Shown one piece after another: positions 1 through 8,910 of a stretch of 64,000 nt of DNA. The translations under genes and the position numbers were made by a program. Every line of letters starts with the position of its first letter. The stretch's first letter is position 1. The notes beneath the pieces are model-generated. The model saw only the letters and a program-made list of their open reading frames with translations. It was not told the DNA's origin and made no database searches. The DNA is from Schizochytrium sp. TIO01 (lineage: Eukaryota; Protista; Bigyra: Labyrinthulomycetes). The stretch is from the NCBI GenBank assembly GCA_004764695.1, contig SMSO01000033.1, positions 2,046,001 to 2,110,000 of the forward strand, in the 5' to 3' direction.

Positions 1-457
1 GAATTATAATATAATAAATATTATACAAGAAAAGAATAAAATTTTTCGTATACATGCAGAGGTTTACTTTTTTTTTTTCAATTTTCCTAAGACTTCAATC
101 AGCGCTCTTACAACGGATATGGGTTCTTTGCATGCATACACATATGGGGTATCCCAAGTGTATGGCAACGCAACTGATGACATACTGCGCCTACCACACT
201 GTTGCAATGTACTAGAATAAAAGAGGTGGAGGTGGGCGGAATGGAAAACAAGGAAAAGTAAAGGAGATTAAGAGAGCCCATGATTCAATTTGAGTGAAAT
301 CTCCCGGCCGCAAGTATAAGCTATATTCATGTAATACCTTACAGACCTGCTCAGTTTTTAGGTCGTGTGTACCTGGGCGGATGTAGCTATTCTTTCTGGT
401 TTATTTAAGATTACCTCGTTTTTTACTAGCAAGGCGCTAAAGAGTTAGCAATATCCC

Positions 458-1582
458 ATGTCCACATCGGAGCGAGCTCCACCATGGAGACGCTGGGAGC
501 TTATTCGTGGCGCGTACCAGCTCGCACGCCCTGGCGCCCTTCGCGACCTTCGCTGGAGATGGGCAGCTACAGCAGCATCTATGAATGCTGTTGTAAGTAA
601 ACCACGATTTGTCGCAGTTACAGGAAGCTTGCTTGGGCTCGTTTCTATCGAACAGCACAAAGGGCAACGTCTCGAGACTCTGATAGGGGAGTTGTTTTTC
701 GCTTTTGCTGGACAAAGGACAGTGGCAGATCTTCGCGAATTAGTTGTCGGCCTATTTATTCTGCAATGTGCAAACTCCAACATTGCGAGTGAGGAGGTGC
801 TGGAATGGCTCTTTCAGATCTATGATTTGGAGAACAAGGGGTGGTTGTCTACGAGTGAACTTTCTTCACTTATTTGGTCCTTGGCAAGTACTCCACGCAC
901 CGTTCAGTATCTCGCTGATTTATTGCAAAACCTCGACCACACAACGCACCTTCAATGGCGACTTTTAGACTTGCAAGCACTTTTAACTGAGGAGCTCTTC
1001 GGAATCTGTCGATATGACGCATTGAGTTCGTATGATCGTGCTTCGATCAAGCTTCAAACAGAGATTGAACACGTTCGCCACTGTGCCATTCGCGCGCAAA
1101 ATCTCCGAAAAAGAATTATAATCAATCAAATATCGAAATCCTGGCTGCGTCAGAGACTTATGGCATGGAAGCGGGTTGCAGACAACAAAAAAGTATCCCG
1201 TCAGGCTTTGCTACGTGCTCGAATATACTTCCAACACAAGTGGAGGGCCATTGTTTTGCAAAAGCTTCAACACCGTGCACTTGCAGCAACCTTGAAGGGA
1301 AAAGCGAACGAAATCGCTTTTCACCATGTGCGAAGGAAGTCACTGCGCCACGTAATTACTCGTTGGAAAGCTTTTCACAAGTTCCAAGCTATCAAGAAAG
1401 AGATGAGAATGAGAGTTCTCATGCCTAAATATGAGCATGGACTCAAAAAACTGCAGAAAGTCTTGAAAGCTGCTGAAGTTCGAAAGGCGCATTTGCAGAA
1501 GGAAGAGTTCTTCTGGACTTGGCAGCGATTGTGGAGAAAGCATTCGCTTGAAAGCATTAAAATCAAGAGAGAAATGTCATGA
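458..1582 (+). CDS. EF-hand protein with Sfi1-like Trp repeats (putative centrin-binding or basal-body protein); may be incomplete
   Basis: 374 aa ORF. EF-hand-like segment LEWLFQIYDLENKGWLSTSEL. Basic helical C-terminal half with Sfi1-type repeats (AFHHVRRKSLRHVITRWK, WLRQRLMAWK). Confidence 0.55.
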   Translation: MSTSERAPPWRRWELIRGAYQLARPGALRDLRWRWAATAASMNAVVSKPRFVAVTGSLLGLVSIEQHKGQRLETLIGELFFAFAGQRTVADLRELVVGLFILQCANSNIASEEVLEWLFQIYDLENKGWLSTSELSSLIWSLASTPRTVQYLADLLQNLDHTTHLQWRLLDLQALLTEELFGICRYDALSSYDRASIKLQTEIEHVRHCAIRAQNLRKRIIINQISKSWLRQRLMAWKRVADNKKVSRQALLRARIYFQHKWRAIVLQKLQHRALAATLKGKANEIAFHHVRRKSLRHVITRWKAFHKFQAIKKEMRMRVLMPKYEHGLKKLQKVLKAAEVRKAHLQKEEFFWTWQRLWRKHSLESIKIKREMS

Positions 1583-1609
1583 AGGGAAGCACTTACATAC
1601 TTTATTGAT

Positions 1610-3199
1610 TTATCTCACACTGAGGTAGCGGTCCCTGGGCTCCTTTGAATCAATGCGCATAGCTGCTTGTACTTCTTCAGGATCAATAGTTCCATTCTTA
1701 TCAAGATCAAAGGTTTGCCAAATAATGTGCAAATCTTCATCAGATATGTTGACACCAGCAATTTTTTGTAGCATCGCTTTGAGTTCCGTTTGAGAAAGGC
1801 TCCTCATTCCGTGGCGGCGCCTAGAGCGCGCTACACTGAGGATTTGCTGAATCTCCTCGAGATGAATAAAAATTGAGTCGAGGTTTCCGCCTGACTGAGC
1901 AGCAGGAACGTGCCGGTGCAAAAGAAGATAAAGTGCACAAACAGAGAATGAAGAGAAACCGATCAGCCAGTAAAAAGCAGTGGGGTGGCTCTCTAAATGA
2001 TTAATTAAGTTGGCACCAAACACACCTGATATGGTAGTGCCAAGCGATAATGCGCATGATGCGATTGCAATCTGAACACTAACTCGAAGCATATTATTAC
2101 GGTAGGTATCAAGCTTTAACTCAATGATGCTTTGTGTCGATTCTACACGTTTTCGAAGATAGTATGCTTCCTGGGATATATCAATCAGCTGTGAGCAATA
2201 ATGCTCTAATAGTAGCTCGACAGTTTGGTGGCGGTCTCTAGAAGGAAGCATACCATGATTCTCATATGTCTCGCTCAGTAGCATTGCAAGCATATCATCC
2301 TCATTGTGCAATACTTCCGTGAGCACGTTTCGAGTGAGCGTGGTTTCGATTTCAAATTGGGACAGTGTGTCCTTCATGGGCAAAAGTTGGTGCAGGACCT
2401 CTGGATCCACTGGTCTTGAGCTCAAGTTATGTAGAACGCTCTTTACTAACGGGGACAGTAGACGCGTACGGTTATGATACGTACTGCAGAGATGGCTCAA
2501 AACGCCTTCGAGCGCACGCAGCTCAAATGGAAGGGGGACATCAGAAGATGTATAGCTTTGGTCTGTCGGAAAGGTATCCTGCCAATCCACTGATTGTGCG
2601 GACGAGCCAAGAGATATATATGTGGGGTACGGAGCACGTTCTCCCTTCAGAAACTGAGCTAGCTTCCCGGCAAATCGCTGGATTTTGGGTTGCTCAGGAT
2701 GCAAAAGGTATACAGAGTCACGGCAGATAACAGCACGCACATGAGCAAGGCTCAAAACGATTGATTCTGGACGTACCATGAGAATTGGACGATGTCGGCG
2801 ATGGTATCCAGAGTCAAGATGGATCAAGTCACGCGCATTTAGCTTTGTAGCCTGAAGCAATGATGTTTTTGACATTAGTTGCCTGGAATAGTCTCCATTC
2901 TGGGCGTATACAAACACGTGAAAATCTTCTTTGCCAATTGAACGTTCTCGCGCTCCTGGTGGCGGGTCTATCAGAATTCCTGTAGATCTATTATTGGAGA
3001 ACGAGGAGGCTCGCTGTAACGTGGCCAAACCGCTTTTCAGGTTTAATCCCCTTAATGGGTCAGCCTGCCGGCATTCCGTCGAGGCTTTCGAGCAAGGTCG
3101 CAAGACTCCTGGTAAACTTCGTGTCAACCCCTGGTATGCTTGGGATGCCAGGGTGCCGCACCGGCCCCAGCCGAGCGACCCAAGCATGGCAGAGCCCAC
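1610..3199 (-). CDS. MRS2: Mrs2/CorA-family divalent cation transporter, probably mitochondrial, with C-terminal EF-hand
   Basis: 529 aa. Transit-peptide-like N-terminus. Mrs2 motifs LNARDL, PILMVR, LPFELRALE, ELLLEHY, LDTYRNNM. Two C-terminal TM helices with FGAN at the GMN position. EF loop DLDKNGTIDPEE. Confidence 0.9.
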   Translation of the reverse strand: MGSAMLGSLGWGRCGTLASQAYQGLTRSLPGVLRPCSKASTECRQADPLRGLNLKSGLATLQRASSFSNNRSTGILIDPPPGARERSIGKEDFHVFVYAQNGDYSRQLMSKTSLLQATKLNARDLIHLDSGYHRRHRPILMVRPESIVLSLAHVRAVICRDSVYLLHPEQPKIQRFAGKLAQFLKGERAPYPTYISLGSSAQSVDWQDTFPTDQSYTSSDVPLPFELRALEGVLSHLCSTYHNRTRLLSPLVKSVLHNLSSRPVDPEVLHQLLPMKDTLSQFEIETTLTRNVLTEVLHNEDDMLAMLLSETYENHGMLPSRDRHQTVELLLEHYCSQLIDISQEAYYLRKRVESTQSIIELKLDTYRNNMLRVSVQIAIASCALSLGTTISGVFGANLINHLESHPTAFYWLIGFSSFSVCALYLLLHRHVPAAQSGGNLDSIFIHLEEIQQILSVARSRRRHGMRSLSQTELKAMLQKIAGVNISDEDLHIIWQTFDLDKNGTIDPEEVQAAMRIDSKEPRDRYLSVR

Positions 3200-3830
3200 G
3201 TGATATTTAGATGAACTTCTGTTCTACTGCTATTTTGAGCGAAGCACAACGCAAGCTAGTTGACTTGATTGATTTCATCTCTCTAGTAGGTAGGTAAGTG
3301 CTCTGGTAGTACCTAACTATTGTTGAGGGAGCTGCCAAAAAGTAAAAAACCAAGGGAGAAAGTTGCTGAAAACTCTTGTATACACAACAGACAATGGATC
3401 TAAGACCATACTTTGAGGGGGTTTGGTGTTGCTATGGTTAGAGGTGGGCGTAAACTTACTATAGATGGCTTTGGAAAGGGTGATAGAACAAGCCATTTTG
3501 GAGAGCTTCAACGAAGAGAACAAAATGCTAAATATAATTCTTTAAGCAAGCCCTTTCTGACCCAGACATGGATAAGAATGAGGAAGATATTTCTGCAGGA
3601 GCTGCAGTTAGACATTTAACTGCGCAAATTCTTGCATCAATAGCGATAATTGGTCTCTGGAAATCGTTCGAAGCAAACGTTTACGCAAGGATTATTCGCA
3701 CTACCATATCAAGAGACCGACCATGCCCCAGTTGAATAGAAGTCTTTTCCCTTAACATTGCACCTGAAAGGGTCGTCAAGATATGCTGGATGGATCAACA
3801 GTTAATGAGCAAACAAATATGTGAGGAGCC

Positions 3831-4238
3831 TTATTTAGAAAGTTTCTCAAGGTCCTTATCAAAATTTTTGAAAATAGAATCCACTTTCTTGAGAGCGTCG
3901 TGACGCGCTTTACGCTGCATAGCTTGAATGTGTTTTTTGGCTTGTTCCAAATCATGGCGTGTGGTAGCCATGGATGTCTTCATTCGTTCAATCTTGTCTT
4001 CGAGTTGGCGGCGGTCAGGCTCGTGTGAACCCTCTGCATCCTTGCGGGCCTTCAAAAGCACCAACGAGATGTTATCCAGGTCAGCATGGCAGCTGTTTGC
4101 CTTGTCTCGTAGCCGGGTAAAGAGCCCTTCGTCACTACTCTCATCCTCATCACTGCTAGGAAGGCTGAGATCATCCTCCCATACATGGACAGAACCAGAA
4201 ATTCCATGGTTGCTTCCTTCAAGTTGTTCATGAAGCAT
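3831..4238 (-). CDS. small coiled-coil hypothetical protein
   Basis: 135 aa ATG-initiated ORF with an acidic patch followed by heptad-like helices. No family recognised. Confidence 0.55.
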   Translation of the reverse strand: MLHEQLEGSNHGISGSVHVWEDDLSLPSSDEDESSDEGLFTRLRDKANSCHADLDNISLVLLKARKDAEGSHEPDRRQLEDKIERMKTSMATTRHDLEQAKKHIQAMQRKARHDALKKVDSIFKNFDKDLEKLSK

Positions 4239-4778
4239 ATTACGATGAGACAGATGTGCTCGTATTCAAGGCTTCTTGATGATTCCTGGCAACGAAAAGG
4301 GAAGCAACGAGATGGCTAGCAGCAAATGGCAGCGAATCGATAGTTTGCGATTTGAATTCCCCAGGCAGTTCGAGCGAATTTGAATTCGAATTTGAATTCG
4401 AATTTTAAAACTAGGATTACGAATGGCAACAAAATGGTACGCATATATTGAATAGAGATGATACTTATCTAATTAAAGTTCTAAGGGAGAAGAGAAAAAG
4501 AAGAGAAAGAAGAGTCATCCACAGGGTAATGGTTAAGCAGGTATTAGATTAGATATTCAAGGGAGAATTGATACTTTTTTTACACACAAGCAAGTGCGTA
4601 ATATCGCAAGTCGCAAGGGCAGATGATGACCATAATTTGCTGCTGTCTAGCCTAGACCTTATTTTTGTTAGCAGACAAATTGGCTATGGGGCTTATTGAT
4701 GTCTTCCGCATGGTGCAGCCTGAAATATAATTTAAGGGATGCCAACGTCTACATGAGTTCTAATGACTAGCTCTTAAA

Positions 4779-7028
4779 TCAATTCTCCTCAGTCTTTTGG
4801 GATTCTACGACCTTGGGGGTCATCGCAGGGGCATTAATTACTGCCTCACGATCAGTTGCAGTCTTCATGAGCTCACGAAGGCCCATTGTGGCATAGCACG
4901 AGGTTCCAAGATCGAATCGCAAAACTAAAGCAGCATTCGAGGCATCGAGAGGGGCATTAGCTTCGCTGAAACGAACCTCGGGGTCAGGTTCACCTTGCAG
5001 ACGCTCCAAGTCAGTTTGCAAGAAGTCTGCGTTGGCGTCGCCGTCGGTGTAATACAACCAGCGATGCGTCACGTTACTTGGCTTAACAAGCATATGGCGG
5101 AAGGTACCTTGCGGTGCGACCTTGCCAGCCTCAGTTCGCATCACGTCTAAGTAAACCCCATCAGCGGCCATGATGGTATCGATTGCTTCCTTGCCTGCTT
5201 CATGCGCAGGAAAAAGGGTTGTTTTGGTTCCTGGTACAGGGAGAACGACATCTTCCATGGACCACTTTCCAGCTTCAACATCCTCTTTGGTGGCAACTTG
5301 AATACTAGCTTCATCATACTTCATGCCCGGGCCTTGCTTAAGGACAAGGTCACCCTCAACAACCTTGGTTGCGCCATAGCTTTCTACGCGTTTTGTAACA
5401 AGCTTGTTAAATACATAAGCTTGGTAAGCGTGAATGTAAAGTTGTCGGAGGTGATGGGGAATGCGAGAAAACGCACCCTGAAGTGTACGGTTATCAAGAG
5501 CCTCCAAAGGCATAGGATCACTAATTTTGCGCTTCTGGCGATCCTTATCTATGTGCTGCACGATGGAGCGAATGGCCCCAGTGCTACCTCGAGAGTTCAA
5601 AAGAATTTTACTCGCCTGGCAAGTCTCGGTAAATGTTTTTGCTGCTGCCTCAAAAGTATCGCCATTTCCGGAGGGCTCAAAGAGTAATTTAACGGCTGTC
5701 TTAAAATCGCCTCGAAGGACACACGCACCTATAGAGTGAGTCGATGTAGAGTACGTACCAAAGCGCTGCATACCAAAATAGTTGAGAAAGCCGTGCTCGG
5801 CCCAAAGTCGGATATTCTCCTCGATAGCAAGCCTTGCTTCAACTGAATCACCCGTTGTACCTCGACCAGGAACTGCATCAGACTCTGCAAGCTTTACATT
5901 GCGCATTGTGATTTCAAAGCGGTTTCCGAGCTGGTCACCAAGAGCAAGAGGTTTGTCTGTAAATTCGAAGTCCCCTACTGCGACAACGTAGTTAGAGTTG
6001 CGTCCCCGTGTGGGAGTTTTTACAGCTTGGACAACGGCATCAGGCTTTCTGCGACAAACGGTCATCTTTTGCACTGTCACACCACGTTTATCTTTGTTAC
6101 CCGCAAAACCAATGTTAGCGGAGGGAATGCCCAAGTGGAAAGACAAGTGTGCAACAAGAGCACCTGCTTCCATGTTCTCCTTATAGAGCGTGAAAGAGGC
6201 ATAAGGGGGCTTATTCGCAGGCCATCTGTCAATCACACGCGGTCGCTTTTGTTTAGCATCTCCACGAAGATCACCACGAGCCACTCGCTTTCCAGTGTTT
6301 CGTTCGTTGCTAGCACTTACAGCAGCATCAGCGCGAATGATCCGAATAGTACTTAAAGGGGTGTTCTTTTCGTGCGTTTCTGACTTTTGGCTTACAGTGT
6401 CAGAGATGAAGTCAGGACCAAAATACTGACGCACGCACTGGTGGACCTCCTTTCGTTTCTGCTTGTCATCAATCACTGGAAGGCACACAAACGGCTCATT
6501 GTCGCCTGATTCAGCACTGGAAGTCTCAGCACCTATATTCTCAGCCTTGATAAGTTTTTCAACCTTTTCGCGCACCTCGCGATTTGTGAGGGCCTCAAGC
6601 GCATCAAGTCCTTTGGGAATTTTGTCTTGTTCTTGGACTTCTTCAGCTTCTTCTTCCTCCTCCATCGAGGTACTGTTCTGCGAAGTCAAATATGTTGCTT
6701 CTCCATTGAGGCCAATCTCACGCACAATGAAATCCCGAAACCGCTGCTTGATTGTGCCCTGAAAGCCAGGACGATTGGGGCAAACGAAGCAGGTGATACC
6801 AACTGCACCCTCCGTTGCTGCGCCTTGCTGTTTTCCCGCGCCGTGTGCTGGAGATTCAGTTGTCTCGGTTTTCTTGGTTTCCACAGCAGGTTCTACTGAT
6901 TTTGAAGATTCCGGTGCCTGTTTATCCGCACCTTTAGCTTCCTCCATGTGTGCGTCAGGCCCGATTTCTTGAGGCTGATCTTGGTCTTCTTCGGGCTTGC
7001 CAGCCTTCTGTACCTCGTGCTCACTCAT
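4779..7028 (-). CDS. PUS7: pseudouridine synthase, TruD/PUS7 family
   Basis: 749 aa. GTIKQRFRDFIVREI, catalytic FAGNKDKRGVTVQ, LGDQLGNRFEITMR, GFLNYFGMQRFG, YIHAYQAYVFN, CYATMGLRE. Confidence 0.95.
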   Translation of the reverse strand: MSEHEVQKAGKPEEDQDQPQEIGPDAHMEEAKGADKQAPESSKSVEPAVETKKTETTESPAHGAGKQQGAATEGAVGITCFVCPNRPGFQGTIKQRFRDFIVREIGLNGEATYLTSQNSTSMEEEEEAEEVQEQDKIPKGLDALEALTNREVREKVEKLIKAENIGAETSSAESGDNEPFVCLPVIDDKQKRKEVHQCVRQYFGPDFISDTVSQKSETHEKNTPLSTIRIIRADAAVSASNERNTGKRVARGDLRGDAKQKRPRVIDRWPANKPPYASFTLYKENMEAGALVAHLSFHLGIPSANIGFAGNKDKRGVTVQKMTVCRRKPDAVVQAVKTPTRGRNSNYVVAVGDFEFTDKPLALGDQLGNRFEITMRNVKLAESDAVPGRGTTGDSVEARLAIEENIRLWAEHGFLNYFGMQRFGTYSTSTHSIGACVLRGDFKTAVKLLFEPSGNGDTFEAAAKTFTETCQASKILLNSRGSTGAIRSIVQHIDKDRQKRKISDPMPLEALDNRTLQGAFSRIPHHLRQLYIHAYQAYVFNKLVTKRVESYGATKVVEGDLVLKQGPGMKYDEASIQVATKEDVEAGKWSMEDVVLPVPGTKTTLFPAHEAGKEAIDTIMAADGVYLDVMRTEAGKVAPQGTFRHMLVKPSNVTHRWLYYTDGDANADFLQTDLERLQGEPDPEVRFSEANAPLDASNAALVLRFDLGTSCYATMGLRELMKTATDREAVINAPAMTPKVVESQKTEEN

Positions 7029-8748
7029 TGTTGGAATTCACAGAAGCAGGATCCACCAACCAAGAGTATAGCTGATTCAAAGAATAACTTGACAATGATG
7101 TTAGGCAATCAACGAGCAATGAATGAGCCTTGCAAGCTCGTTCACCTCCGCGTTGAAGCCAAAAAAGGCACTTTGTATCTGCCTTCGTATCTAGCTTGGC
7201 TTGCCTCTTTCTACGTACCCTACCGCCAGATCTCCCTTTACAATTACCACTAGGCCTGGAATACTTTAGGTGATGTTTACTAATACTAGTTGATAGGATG
7301 TTTTTTTCGCTGTCTGTGCCAGTGATTTTAAATGTCGAGGGACTTTTTAACACCATACTACTGCCATGGTATGGTACAAGAGTGAGATGATTCGCATGGG
7401 ACCGAAAAGGAACTCTTGTGTTTCTGGTCTATCCACCTAAGCTATGCACAAGTACAAATTCCACCTGCATATGTACCTAGCCAGCCTTAGATATGTTTAT
7501 CGGTCATGATACTGATTGAAGAAACGAAAATGTAAAATCAAATTCGTAAAATAGAGAAGCGCCATGTCATACCCATTTACGATTAAAGAAAAAAGAAGCA
7601 AGAGAAGCAAAAAAACTAAGATATGCTCGACTGATTTTTTTCATTATTTAAACAAGGATTCCCCTCTCTATCTTTTGTGGTCTTGGCCTTGCCTGTTTCT
7701 GCAAGCTAATGTTGGGTCCGGTGTGCTTTGTAACTAGTAACTTCAACACACAGATCCCTGGAATTGTCATGTGAATTGCTTTCTGTCGAGGTGCGGCTTG
7801 CAAGACGTCTTTTGCCATTCTTGCGTTTTCTTCAAAGCAATCTGTGCATTAAATTTAGCCCGCACCAACCAATTCGTATTATTATATGAAGCTAGGATGT
7901 AGTAGGAGGTATTAACACTAAATACTAAATGCGCTGACTTTTATAAAAAGAAGAGGTTGAAAGAAGAAAGGCTTCAGAGGCCAAATGAAGAAACATAAGA
8001 ATGCCATTTGGCTGCAGGCACCTAAAACTCTCGTTTCAACATCTCACAAGAATCAAAGCCCCGAGATCCCCTCGTGTCACACCCTCTTAGGTTTTGCTAA
8101 TTCAATTATCCTCATTGTTATGAAAACAAACTTAACGAGAAGAACTTCAGTAGACTGTGCGTCATCCATTGATTTTGCCCACTCATTGTTTGCAATCAAT
8201 GATTAAGTTTAAACAATATTTCTCAAAGACAATAGATGGGAAGTTAGCACAGAGAACCAAAGTACCTGCGCTATGATTCGATTGACGCTTCTTCGCCAGG
8301 TCCTTCAAGTTATTGATTCGATTTCTACCAAGGTCTCATGCTTCTCCATTCTATTTTAGCAGTAGACCTGTATTTCTAACTTATTTCTAGGTACCTAGTG
8401 GGTATTAAATCAAAAAGAAAGTTACTCCGTTATGACAGGAAGCGAGTAAGTAAGAGGAAAAGAAAGAAGCCAATACTATTAGTGAGAAGAAAAGCAAGGG
8501 AAAGTGAGGGTGCATGCCGACCACCCAAGAACCATAGGCTGCGGACTTCTCAGGTCACTTTTTAGTTTGTCCGTGTCTGGCTGTTTCTCATTCGTCTTTA
8601 AAAATAATTAATTGGTCAATCAGTTGATTGATTGGGTAATCAATTAGGTTTTTCTTGTCATGCTCTTCCTCTGCTCATTGAAGAGCTCCTGGACCTCTAG
8701 ACTTTGTCGGTGAAGGAGCAAGATCTCCGTCTCTACGCTGTAGCACAG

Positions 8749-8877
8749 GTTTCTTTTATTTGTTTTTCGGTTTCTCTGTTTCTCTGTTTCTCTCTGTTTC
8801 TCTCTGTTTCTTTTCTTCTTTACAATTTTCACTTCGTTAGATCCACCAATTGCGCTGCTTTTACTTTTGTCTGGCAG
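8749..8877 (+). other. probable 5'UTR intron of the DEAD-box helicase gene
   Basis: CAG|GT...pyrimidine-rich (TTTCTCTG repeats)...TGGCAG|GT. It accounts for the Phe/Leu/Ser-rich false N-terminus of ORF 8704..11229. Confidence 0.6.
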
Positions 8878-8910
8878 GTGCTTGCTACCTTCGACAAACT
8901 CCGATTGAAG

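Noticed and set aside
4351-4410. Heat-shock element
   Set aside because: The GAA/TTC units lack the nGAAnnTTCn spacing.
8704-8910. Hydrophobic N-terminal extension of the helicase
   Set aside because: Non-ATG start, and it reads through a pyrimidine-rich intron-like segment.
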